From a virus: a DNA stretch of 64,000 bases. Positions 10,059 to 19,038 of this stretch are shown piece after piece; the first letter of the stretch is position 1; every line of letters begins with the position of its first letter. The notes beneath the pieces were generated by a model, which saw only the letters and a program-made list of their open reading frames with translations, ran no database searches and was not told the origin of the DNA. The position numbers and the translations under genes were made by a program. The stretch is taken from positions 5,467 through 69,466 of the IMG/VR virus record IMGVR_UViG_3300024308_000021, one strand, 5' to 3'.

Positions 10059-12248
10059 ATGATTCGATTTCACAGTGACTGGGCTAAGTACCCTGACGCG
10101 ATACCACATTTATCCACCAAGAATAAGTCGTTCCTTAACATGGCGAAGCTTTATCGCGACATGGGTAAAAAGAATGCTTACTTCTTGTTGGCTTTACATC
10201 AGCCAGAACTACAACACCTAGATCCTCACGCCGATGATCTAACAGAAGATGAAAAATTCAAGATAGGTATTGAGTGTAAATACAACATCTGGTATTTCTT
10301 GCGGGAAGTTGTACGCATACCAGGTGGTGACCACGGCGTGCCTTTCAACGCCAACCGGGGGAACATAGCTCTGGTGTGGCTGCACATCTGTAACGTTGAC
10401 GTGGCGCTGATACAACCACGTCAGACTGGTAAGTCGGTTTCGACCGACGGCATTATGCTCTGGTTGTTGTATTTCGGTAACTACAACAAAACGATAGGAC
10501 TGATCACTAAAGACCACTCCCTGCGGGTAGGTAACGTTGAACGTCTGAAGAAGTTCAGGCAGTTACTACCGACGTATCTGTACTCAGTAGCTCGTGAAGA
10601 CACTGACAACCAGATCGAGCTTACCAACATCAAGATGAAGAACAAATACGAGACAGCTGTTGCTCAGAACTCTGAGATGATGGCTAACAACGTATTTCGT
10701 GGTAAGACGCTCCCGACTATCCAGTGTGACGAAGGCCCGTTTATTCCTTGGATCAGTATCACGCTGCCTGCGGCGCTGGCGGCTACTACTGAAGCTTCTC
10801 AGCAAGCAGCTCGTGAAGGGAAACCTCACGGTAACATCTTCACTACAACCGCAGGTAAGAAGGACGACCGGGACGGTAAGTACATGTACTCGCTGATCCA
10901 CAACGGTCTCCCATGGACTGAAGACTTGCTGGATCTGGAAGATCGTGAGCAGCTCCATCAATTCATCAAAGCAAACGTACACGCCGATGAGAACGGGGTG
11001 CGTCGGATGTTGGTAAACTGTACGTTCAACCATCGTCAGCTAGGCTTTACTGACGAGTGGCTCTACGAGCGGATCGGTAAGGCTGGTGGTACTGAAGATC
11101 AGATCAACCGTGACTGGTTTAACGTTTGGACTAGTGGTACTCAGAACTCTCCGCTTAGTATCAAACTCAACGGCATCATTAAAGACTCTGAGCGCGATCC
11201 TCTGCGCACTGAGTTCACCAAGGAGGGTTACGCTATCCGTTGGTACGTGGAGCCGTCAGAACTCGCTACAGGCCATTATTTCATGGGTCTCGATACTTCC
11301 GAAGCATTGGGAGGTCAGAACGATGACATTGCGATGGTTCTAGTAGACATTCGTGATATGTCTGTAGTGGCTCAGATGTCTGTGAACGAGACTAACCTGT
11401 TTAACTTTGCTAACTGGTTGGCGTTGTTCCTGATCGATCATCGTAACGTAACGCTGATACCTGAGCGTAAGTCTTCTGCTACTAGCATCATCGGTTTCGT
11501 ATGTCTGATCCTGCAACGCTACGGCGTAGATCCTTTCGAGCGGATCTTCAACCACATCGTACAAGATCAGCATCAGCATCCTGAGAAGTTCAAAGAGATC
11601 CAACTGTCCTTGAGTCGTCGTACTGAACTGTTCTACGATGATTTCATCAAGTACTTTGGTTTCGTAACTGGTTCCAACAACCGGGACGAGCTCTACGGGA
11701 ATACGCTTCAGAACGCCGCTAAGCAAGCCGGGCATTTGGTAAGGGATAAGATCCTAGGTGGTCAGATCCGTGGTCTGGTGGTGCGTAAGGGCCGTATAGA
11801 CCACGCTGCTAGCGGACACGATGACTGTGTAATCGCTTGGCTGCTGACTCACTGGTTGGCTACTCAAGGTCGCTACCTCGAATACTACGGTGTAGATACT
11901 CGTCAGTTGATGAAGTTCGTGACTGAAGAGAACCGTACGCTAAACGAAGTAGAAGTACGTGTGAAAGAAAACCAGGCTAAGATGAAGCAAGAGATCGAAG
12001 AGTTGGTACAACGCTTGGGTAAAGGTGGTAGTCCGATCGAGCAGATGCGTATCGAGCATCGGTTGAGATTCCTCTACCCACAGGTATCTTGGACTGAAGG
12101 TAGTTACTCTTCTGTGGATGAGTTGCTGCGCAGTATCAAAGACCAGCGTAAAGTCAACACTCGGATGAACTCACTGAATCGAGGGACTGGGTATCGTCCT
12201 GCAAATCGTGCTTGGGATTCCAATACTCAAGTGTTTGGTATGCGTTGA
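10059..12248 (+). CDS. terL: terminase large subunit
   Basis: Walker A PRQTGKS, Walker B IQCDEG, nuclease MGLDTSE and HDDCVIAW. Confidence 0.95.
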   Translation: MIRFHSDWAKYPDAIPHLSTKNKSFLNMAKLYRDMGKKNAYFLLALHQPELQHLDPHADDLTEDEKFKIGIECKYNIWYFLREVVRIPGGDHGVPFNANRGNIALVWLHICNVDVALIQPRQTGKSVSTDGIMLWLLYFGNYNKTIGLITKDHSLRVGNVERLKKFRQLLPTYLYSVAREDTDNQIELTNIKMKNKYETAVAQNSEMMANNVFRGKTLPTIQCDEGPFIPWISITLPAALAATTEASQQAAREGKPHGNIFTTTAGKKDDRDGKYMYSLIHNGLPWTEDLLDLEDREQLHQFIKANVHADENGVRRMLVNCTFNHRQLGFTDEWLYERIGKAGGTEDQINRDWFNVWTSGTQNSPLSIKLNGIIKDSERDPLRTEFTKEGYAIRWYVEPSELATGHYFMGLDTSEALGGQNDDIAMVLVDIRDMSVVAQMSVNETNLFNFANWLALFLIDHRNVTLIPERKSSATSIIGFVCLILQRYGVDPFERIFNHIVQDQHQHPEKFKEIQLSLSRRTELFYDDFIKYFGFVTGSNNRDELYGNTLQNAAKQAGHLVRDKILGGQIRGLVVRKGRIDHAASGHDDCVIAWLLTHWLATQGRYLEYYGVDTRQLMKFVTEENRTLNEVEVRVKENQAKMKQEIEELVQRLGKGGSPIEQMRIEHRLRFLYPQVSWTEGSYSSVDELLRSIKDQRKVNTRMNSLNRGTGYRPANRAWDSNTQVFGMR

Positions 12249-12249
12249 G

Positions 12250-12286
12250 CATAAAAGAGGAGGGGCTTGAGCCCCTCCTGCTATGT
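12250..12286. terminator. bidirectional terminator
   Basis: AGGAGGGGC-ttga-GCCCCTCCT, CATA before and TATG after; convergent genes. Confidence 0.8.
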
Positions 12287-12296
12287 CGTTAGTCAA

Positions 12297-13664
12297 TCAT
12301 CGCTTGTAATACTCTCTGGTGAGCGTACGAAGCACTACATACAAAAAGATGGCCGTACGTACCGCTGCAAGTACATCGCGGTTAGAACTCGATACAGCCT
12401 CTTTTACGATGAGGTCACCTTCGTTACGGATTTTGAGCACCACTTCGTTTACAGAACGAGAAGCTGTGTACATAAACCGAAGTTTAGAGATGATCACATC
12501 GAGTTGAGTAGCTCGATAACCTTTGGACTGGATGTAATCGAAGGCATGGATCAGTACATCGTCCACTAGCTCTACGATAAACGGGTACTTCTGGTTACCG
12601 TAGTTGGCTTGTAGGAACTCCAGTCCTTCGACGATGTGTTTGGTATCCACACCAGTCATGGCTTCTGACACGACTTCTACTAACTCTGATTTGATAAACG
12701 AGTTACGATCTTGCAGAACCGATTGTAGGTACCTACGATAGATTGTAAACGCGTTTGCCTTGTCCCGCAGTACTACCTCACCCTCAATCTCTACTGTGTT
12801 GCCACGCGCGCTTATACGAGCGTTACGGTCACGTACGTTGTAGAACTCAGCAGTGAGTGCTTTTACTACTTCACGTATACGAGACTGGATGTCGTTCACC
12901 ATGTACACGATAGCTTTGTCTGAGTCGTAACGTGTGTAGGTTTGGAAGTGTAAGCCTTTAGGGGAAGTGATCAGTTCAGCACGTGCTTGGATCAAGGCTT
13001 CCCAGCTACCGAAGACTTTGATGTCGAACTTCTTAGACAGCGAAGCATAGGTAGCCAGAGCTACTTCACGATCAGCCGGAAATGGGAAGTAGTGCGCCAT
13101 CAGACTCGATACGAATTTGTAGTGCATGATCTTGATCAGATCGATCTTGGCTTGCTGCTGCTCTTTAGGAGAGATCTGTTTGGAGTTGTGGATCTGGTAG
13201 AGTAGCCAGATGATCGACTGGTTCATTGCATCCGAAGACACTACGAAGTTAGGGTCGATACCTTCAGCTGATTTTACAGCTCTTCCTAACTGGATGTCGT
13301 CACAATCCAATACGTCGTCAAACCAAGCTAGACGGTCGTCTTCTGTAAAGCGTACAGGATACACTCCTATAAGCGGATTACCGAAGAACTGGATGTGATC
13401 CGCATCCTTAGTCACAAAACCTAAAGCAAAGCGTCTAATCGCTTTACAGAGCTTTAGATCGTACTTCAGGTGACCTAGGTGTTGTTCGAATACTGGACGT
13501 AGGCTACACAGTCTAGAGTCGTACTCTTCTAAACTGAGTTCCCATTCCCGTTCGAAGCGGTGTTCGAATGATTCATTACTCCAGACCAAGTCTGCGAGTA
13601 AAGTGTTGTCGAGGAGTTCCTCGAGACTAGGCGTTAAGTAATCTATCATCTTAAGGGATCCCAT
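12297..13664 (-). CDS. conserved virion structural protein (phiKZ gp32-like)
   Basis: 455-aa helical ORF convergent on terL; synteny. Confidence 0.6.
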   Translation of the reverse strand: MGSLKMIDYLTPSLEELLDNTLLADLVWSNESFEHRFEREWELSLEEYDSRLCSLRPVFEQHLGHLKYDLKLCKAIRRFALGFVTKDADHIQFFGNPLIGVYPVRFTEDDRLAWFDDVLDCDDIQLGRAVKSAEGIDPNFVVSSDAMNQSIIWLLYQIHNSKQISPKEQQQAKIDLIKIMHYKFVSSLMAHYFPFPADREVALATYASLSKKFDIKVFGSWEALIQARAELITSPKGLHFQTYTRYDSDKAIVYMVNDIQSRIREVVKALTAEFYNVRDRNARISARGNTVEIEGEVVLRDKANAFTIYRRYLQSVLQDRNSFIKSELVEVVSEAMTGVDTKHIVEGLEFLQANYGNQKYPFIVELVDDVLIHAFDYIQSKGYRATQLDVIISKLRFMYTASRSVNEVVLKIRNEGDLIVKEAVSSSNRDVLAAVRTAIFLYVVLRTLTREYYKR

Positions 13665-13672
13665 TGGTTTTC

Positions 13673-13692
13673 AAACCCATATTATCTCAGTG
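13673..13692 (+). promoter_or_regulatory. putative early (virion RNAP) promoter
   Basis: AAACCCA-TATTAT-N5-TG, same spacing as the other copies of this motif. Confidence 0.55.
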
Positions 13693-13718
13693 TAATCCAA
13701 CTAATAAGGGCTTTTAAA

Positions 13719-14507
13719 ATGTTCTACGCTAACACTCCGATCACTAAGTGGTCTCGCATTCAAGACATCAAATTCCCGATGGTAGTACAACACCATCTTC
13801 CTGGTAACTGTTTTACTGCAAACTACCACGAGGGTCACTACAACCTGATCACTCGTCAGTTCGCTTACGAAGACAGCGGTATGGCACGTGCTGTGCTGAA
13901 CTGGCTGGGTACTGTGGGTATCTCCAACGCCACTACAGTAACGTTCGATATCCAGCATCGTCTGCTGACTACTTCTCAGTCCAGAGAGATGGTTATGGAT
14001 GAGATGTTGTTTGCAGTTCCTACATTCGAACTCAACGGATGGTTGGTGCGTATCTACGACCACAACGGTGTGGTGACTTCTCCTGAAACAGTAGAAGAGT
14101 ATCTGATTCCGAAAGTAGAGGTACACGACGACCTCGAGCTGGAACATCAGTATCGCTGTATTGCAGAACTGCGTGGCGTGCTGGGCTTCTACGTACACGC
14201 TCAAGACGGTGAGGTATACAACCTGCCGGTACGTCGCTGGTTGGCTGTGAAAGGCGACTACGATCGTCGTAGCGGTACTCTGATGGTACGTGGTATCGAA
14301 GATCCTAATTACATTGGTCGCTTCAATACCAAAATGAACCGGGTACTGGAGAAAGCATTACAGGACAGTCCTGCAAACCTTGAGTTTCAGGTTTCCTATT
14401 CCAGCCTGGCTCGTCAGATAGATGGTCGTGTGAATATGTTCGGACTGCGCTACGACGGTCATAATCCTGACACTTCTAAAGATCATCAGCTGTGTGGGGT
14501 GTTCTGA
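13719..14507 (+). CDS. hypothetical protein, accessory
   Basis: 262 aa, AATAAGGG RBS. Confidence 0.85.
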   Translation: MFYANTPITKWSRIQDIKFPMVVQHHLPGNCFTANYHEGHYNLITRQFAYEDSGMARAVLNWLGTVGISNATTVTFDIQHRLLTTSQSREMVMDEMLFAVPTFELNGWLVRIYDHNGVVTSPETVEEYLIPKVEVHDDLELEHQYRCIAELRGVLGFYVHAQDGEVYNLPVRRWLAVKGDYDRRSGTLMVRGIEDPNYIGRFNTKMNRVLEKALQDSPANLEFQVSYSSLARQIDGRVNMFGLRYDGHNPDTSKDHQLCGVF

Positions 14508-14752
14508 TGCACTTACGAGCTACACTGAACTTACAACTCAACACGGTACTTCAAGATCCGGAGCTCTCTACTGTAGAGCAACTGAAAGAGGAGTATCCGT
14601 TACTGATCCAGAACCTGAAGGACTACTGTTTCGATTCAGGGTGTCCTGAACCAGACTCTAGACTGGAGTTGCTGGAGTCTAAAGGTATTATGTGTTGGAA
14701 GGAAGAGGATGGCATGGTATTCAAATTCCCTTTTGGGAATCTGGTACTGTGA
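14507..14752 (+). CDS. small hypothetical protein (81 aa)
   Basis: TGATG coupling to the previous gene. Confidence 0.7.
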   Translation: MHLRATLNLQLNTVLQDPELSTVEQLKEEYPLLIQNLKDYCFDSGCPEPDSRLELLESKGIMCWKEEDGMVFKFPFGNLVL

Positions 14753-14787
14753 AACTACAACCCGTGTTTGCTTCGTGTTGAAGCAAG

Positions 14788-14813
14788 GCCCACTTAGGTG
14801 GGCTTCTTTTTTT
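14788..14813 (+). terminator. intrinsic terminator
   Basis: GCCCAC-ttag-GTGGGC plus TTCTTTTTTT. Confidence 0.8.
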
Positions 14814-14906
14814 GTAACTATCTGTATAGACTCGGTTTTATATCGAGGCGTATTGTAACAATCCAGGAGGCTTCTGTGTTTCCTATCGATTCTACTTAAG
14901 AGGTAA

Positions 14907-15263
14907 ATGAAAATGTCTAGACTAGCTCGAGCTTTCCGTTCTCTGGAATGCAACCAAGGCGTTACTGTGGTATTGGATCTCAATCCTGACTACGCTACTA
15001 ACGAAGTATTCTTCAACTCTATCAACCAAGGCAGCGGGAGTGCCCAGGGACGCATTCGACATCATCTGGCTAAGTTCGGTATTAGCTACTTTGCTCTCAC
15101 TGGTATCAACTCTCTGGAGCAGTGTCACGAAGTCTTGGCCGACTATGGAATGAACAACTGTGGGTCAGGTCGTATCCTACTGATGTGGGATCGCAGACCC
15201 GTGGGGATCGAACAGATCGTAGGGAGCTTTAACAACAAGATTGCTGATGTGGTCTTCTGCTAA
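14907..15263 (+). CDS. hypothetical protein
   Basis: 118 aa, GAGGT RBS, followed by a terminator. Confidence 0.75.
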   Translation: MKMSRLARAFRSLECNQGVTVVLDLNPDYATNEVFFNSINQGSGSAQGRIRHHLAKFGISYFALTGINSLEQCHEVLADYGMNNCGSGRILLMWDRRPVGIEQIVGSFNNKIADVVFC

Positions 15264-15265
15264 GC

Positions 15266-15299
15266 GAGGGGGCTTCGACCCCCTCTAGTTCTTTTTTTT
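15266..15299 (+). terminator. intrinsic terminator
   Basis: GAGGGGG-cttcga-CCCCCTC plus T run. Confidence 0.8.
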
Positions 15300-15726
15300 G
15301 CCCTCGTGCGCCGAGCCGCCCGATCGCGCCTGGCTGCGCCGCGCCCAGAGTTTAGTTGCTAATTCGTATTTTTTCTTTTAGAGTATACAAGATACTCTAA
15401 AAGCCTCTGATGAGGTTTACTATTTGATTTTTTATTTTATCACGTTAGTGATTCTTCTTTTCAATTTAAAACATTAGAGTAGTGTGATACGTAGTAATCT
15501 AAACTACTCTAATTTAAACATTCAACTAGTTAGCTAATTGGTTTTTTTAAGTATGTAAAAAATTACATAGTCTTATTATATGTGAAGTGCTATTAAAAGA
15601 CGACTGAGTGAAGAGACTGAGGGTATCGAAGATACACGAGGGAACGGAACGAAGGAGATCAGAATGGAACGACGACTCTGACCCACTCTAGCGAGGAGCT
15701 AGAGGGGGGAGGTGGCGGAGAGGCAA

Positions 15727-15816
15727 GGGGTAGGAAGAGATAGAGAAAGGAAAAGGGGGAGGAGGGGCGCAGCCCCTCCGTCTGGGGGAAAAGGAAAGAG
15801 AAAGAGAAGGAAGGGG
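15727..15816 (+). repeat. polypurine mirror repeat, 33-nt arms (31/33), around a central hairpin
   Basis: 15727-15759 read backwards equals 15784-15816 except for two T/A positions; spacer holds GGAGGGGC-gca-GCCCCTCC. Confidence 0.92.
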
Positions 15817-15980
15817 GATTTCAGCAAAAGCTGAATAAATCCCCAGTAAAATACTTTTTTATTCGCTTACTTAGAAACGACTAGCTAGTGGTGGCTTTAG
15901 CTAAACCACGAGAGCTAGGAGTCGGATTGCAGTTAGTTTCAGCAGGTTCCTGGAAGACAGCGGAACCCACTGGATTTCAG

Positions 15981-15998
15981 ATACATATTACTACAATG
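15981..15998 (+). promoter_or_regulatory. putative early promoter
   Basis: TATTAC-N5-TG followed by hairpin CTAGGAGCT-tgg-AGCTCCTAG and an AATAAAGGGG RBS. Confidence 0.6.
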
Positions 15999-16057
15999 CA
16001 TCTAGGAGCTTGGAGCTCCTAGCTTTATTTCCCAAAATAGAATAAAGGGGTTTTAGA

Positions 16058-17836
16058 ATGCAAGAAAAGATTCAAGAGCAACTCGATGCATTACAAGGAA
16101 GCTGGATCCTACAGTGCGTAAGAGACCACGGAAGTCCAGAGGCGTTGGATGACGATACGGTACCTGGGTACGATGTAGTCGTGGGGGAGTACAGACTGTC
16201 ACTACGCAAACAGGAACTGCCCAGGAGGTATCTGAGTAGCTACAATCCAGTGAACATTACAACTAATCTCGAAGTAGACGATAAAGCTCCTAAGCTCCTG
16301 AAGCTTTACGCAGAGCATCTGAATCGCAAAACAGACGAGACTTGGTTAGCTGTACTCGAAGAACTCGTACAAGTAGAAAACAAACTCAATAAGAAGGAAA
16401 AGAAAATGTTGAAACTGCATTGGGATCTGAGAATTGAAAAACTGAACGACAGTAATCCTCACAAAGGAGTAGTACTGGGGGATTACGTTCTGTCGATAAC
16501 CAACGCACCTAGCTTTTATCCAGGATATAAGCTTCACTGTCCTCCAGTGCCGCCGAAGCTGGATGATGGTGAGATTTTTGAGTTGGTAAGAGCTGGTAAA
16601 ATCACAGAGCTGGAAGCTGCGGTTTTGGAGTACAGTAAACACTGCGGTAATCCAACTTCGGCTACAGTAGGTGAGCTGGAAGCTGCTCTCGAGAAAGCTG
16701 GGGCTGAGTGGTTTGCTATGGAGCAAGAGATCAAGCACATAGTAGGTCAGATGCAACTCCACTGGCACGCCGGGGTAACTGATAATAAATACAAAGACCC
16801 AGTCAAAAGAGAAGTAATACGCCAACCAATAAACGATACTCAGTGGTTCGTTTTGAGTTGTATGGATCCAATTGCTTTTCATCCGAAGGGTTTTTGTTTC
16901 GAACCGCCTGTTTGCTTGGGAGAAGTCCTTAATGAGCACCTGGGTGTGGTTGCGGGACACTATCTAGATATCGTAAATGTCGACCCGGCAAACCCTCGTA
17001 GTATGAAACGTTATCATGCCCTCGTAAAACAAATTTGGGCGTTGGAGAAAGCAATGGATCAGTCTAAACCAGCAGACACCCAGCTAGGGTTCACTCAGGT
17101 CGATGATGTTACTGTAAAAATCGAATCGCTGCGTAGCAAACTTAAGTACGATTGGTTATTCCAGATAGTTGATGCTGGAACTCCGGATCATGCAATCTGG
17201 CCCGAAGCTAATATGTGGTGTCGCGACTCTTTAAGCAATGGTAGTGACTTAGCCATCCTTTATCGTCCTAAAGGAGAAGAGTTACTTGGCTTTTTGAAAA
17301 TAGGCGGGCATCCATTCCAACAGTTCCACAACGCTACGATAACAAACCGACTTACTGAAGAGTTTTTGAATATGATTGGTAGACATACCACCAATGTACC
17401 GGTGTTTGAGAAAACCCCCGGTTATGTGGATCTGCTCGAAGCAGTCTTGGAACAGGAAACCAAAATGGGACAGGGGTGGTCGACTGAGGGAGCAAGCCAC
17501 CAACACTCACTCAAACTCAACCCAACACCTACCGCGTACAGCTACCTGGTGGTGTTCCAGGATCTGATGGCTCCGCAGAGTACTGTACTCGGTGCTGACT
17601 GGGTTGGTAGTTTTGAGATCAAGCCTCTTTACAACGTCGCTGTGTATCGTGCTCCTTCTGAAAGCTTTGCGCTGATGTTTACACTGGATGGTAACGTCCG
17701 GGTTGATGCTCTAGAAGCAGGTGCTAAAGGTACCGGTCTGGCAGCGCAGCTCAGTAAGCTGGCTGTAGCGCACCTGGGACACACTACATTAGAATGGAGA
17801 GAGACCACTAAGCTCCTGCGTGCTTGTTTCGAATAA
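16058..17836 (+). CDS. hypothetical protein, apparently made of ~115-aa degenerate modules
   Basis: 592 aa; in-frame internal Met at residues 117 (MLKLHW) and 232 (MQLHW). Confidence 0.85.
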   Translation: MQEKIQEQLDALQGSWILQCVRDHGSPEALDDDTVPGYDVVVGEYRLSLRKQELPRRYLSSYNPVNITTNLEVDDKAPKLLKLYAEHLNRKTDETWLAVLEELVQVENKLNKKEKKMLKLHWDLRIEKLNDSNPHKGVVLGDYVLSITNAPSFYPGYKLHCPPVPPKLDDGEIFELVRAGKITELEAAVLEYSKHCGNPTSATVGELEAALEKAGAEWFAMEQEIKHIVGQMQLHWHAGVTDNKYKDPVKREVIRQPINDTQWFVLSCMDPIAFHPKGFCFEPPVCLGEVLNEHLGVVAGHYLDIVNVDPANPRSMKRYHALVKQIWALEKAMDQSKPADTQLGFTQVDDVTVKIESLRSKLKYDWLFQIVDAGTPDHAIWPEANMWCRDSLSNGSDLAILYRPKGEELLGFLKIGGHPFQQFHNATITNRLTEEFLNMIGRHTTNVPVFEKTPGYVDLLEAVLEQETKMGQGWSTEGASHQHSLKLNPTPTAYSYLVVFQDLMAPQSTVLGADWVGSFEIKPLYNVAVYRAPSESFALMFTLDGNVRVDALEAGAKGTGLAAQLSKLAVAHLGHTTLEWRETTKLLRACFE

Positions 17837-17843
17837 ACCACTC

Positions 17844-17892
17844 GGAGAGGAGCCTAGACTCCTCTCCTTTTATACCTTCAGAATAAGGGAAA
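17844..17892 (+). repeat. hairpin plus RBS intergenic cassette, copy 1
   Basis: GGAGAGGAG-cctaga-CTCCTCTCC TTTT ... AATAAGGGGA. Confidence 0.75.
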
Positions 17893-17899
17893 TGAAAAC

Positions 17900-18361
17900 A
17901 TGATTTTAGTAACCACTAACGAACACTCCAAGAACGTGTACTGTTCCGATGAGCTCGTAAACACTCTCAGCAGCTCTGTAGTAGCCATCGGCACTTCAGG
18001 ACGGTGTTTGGTAGATCCTGCTATCGGAATCTCTCTGGAAGGTGTTAGAGAGGCATTGGAGGACATTGGACTGCGGCCTGATGAACTCGAGTACGACTCC
18101 GAGCGCTTCCAACGTAAGTACGTCGTGGCTACTCTTACTGAAAACATGTGGTATTTCGAAACAACCACAGAAGCTCCTGTACGGACTCCTAACGAGTTCG
18201 AGTTCATTAGAGTCGAACTCCACGACTGTAACGACGTAATCACTCGTATGGTGTTTGCATCGCACGTACGTGGCGATTCGAGTTTGCTCGATGATCCGAT
18301 GATCGCAGACTACCTCGCACTGCAACAGTACAGTCAGTATCGCTGTCTGGTATTAAAATAA
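17900..18361 (+). CDS. hypothetical protein
   Basis: 153 aa, AATAAGGGG RBS. Confidence 0.8.
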   Translation: MILVTTNEHSKNVYCSDELVNTLSSSVVAIGTSGRCLVDPAIGISLEGVREALEDIGLRPDELEYDSERFQRKYVVATLTENMWYFETTTEAPVRTPNEFEFIRVELHDCNDVITRMVFASHVRGDSSLLDDPMIADYLALQQYSQYRCLVLK

Positions 18362-18378
18362 AAACATTACATCATGGT
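18362..18378 (+). promoter_or_regulatory. possible early promoter
   Basis: AAACATTAC in an intergenic gap; N5-TG spacing imperfect. Confidence 0.4.
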
Positions 18379-18414
18379 AATGACAGTCGTCCAACTAGAT
18401 AAGGAATGTAGAAA

Positions 18415-18978
18415 ATGATGATCGCAATTGTAACCCCCGAACATGTCTTCGACCGCCTGAGCGATAAATCCCGCGTCCATTACGTCGATGATGTCGCCGT
18501 CGTACTCAATCCTTCTATCCGTCCTGGTTTTGTTATCGATGAGGAGATAGATCGCTCACGTATCGTGAGTATTTTATCTCAGGTCGAAATCCGGGGAGTT
18601 ACTGTCGACACCTGGGTGATTCCAGAAGCATTTAAGACAGTAAAAAAGGTCGAGAAGATTCCTCTCGAACATTACCATCTTAAAGTGTTCCTTGGCAAAC
18701 CCAATAAAGACAAAGAACACATGATGCGCCAAGCCCATTGGTTCATCAATAAAAACGCGTGCCTCATTGCCGAGATTAGTCGCGATCCAATTGATGTTTA
18801 TGAAAACCACCGCATCCTTCGCGAGTTGAGAAACTTCGACTTGTCAGAACTTCCACCGCATATGAAGTTCGCTGTTGGCAGTATTCTTTCTGGTAATGAT
18901 GATATCATCTACGATCCGACACTGATCTCTTTCACTTCGCAGGAGATCACAGATCGCGGCTACGCTTCTACCAACTAA
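18415..18978 (+). CDS. hypothetical protein
   Basis: 187 aa, TAAGGA RBS. Confidence 0.8.
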   Translation: MMIAIVTPEHVFDRLSDKSRVHYVDDVAVVLNPSIRPGFVIDEEIDRSRIVSILSQVEIRGVTVDTWVIPEAFKTVKKVEKIPLEHYHLKVFLGKPNKDKEHMMRQAHWFINKNACLIAEISRDPIDVYENHRILRELRNFDLSELPPHMKFAVGSILSGNDDIIYDPTLISFTSQEITDRGYASTN

Positions 18979-18985
18979 AACATTC

Positions 18986-19032
18986 GGAGAGGAGCTTGAG
19001 CTCCTCTCCTTTGCACCTACTAATAAGGGATT
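18986..19032 (+). repeat. hairpin plus RBS intergenic cassette, copy 2
   Basis: GGAGAGGAGC-ttga-GCTCCTCTCC TTT ... AATAAGGGGA, near-identical to 17844. Confidence 0.75.
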
Positions 19033-19038
19033 TACAAA

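Larger units (their letters stand above)
15300..16050. other. ~750-bp noncoding structural locus (AT-rich inverted repeats, purine-skewed tract, hairpins); candidate origin or packaging element
   Basis: No ORF of 60 aa or more on either strand; sharp AT-rich then A/G-only segments; many inverted repeats. Confidence 0.6.
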
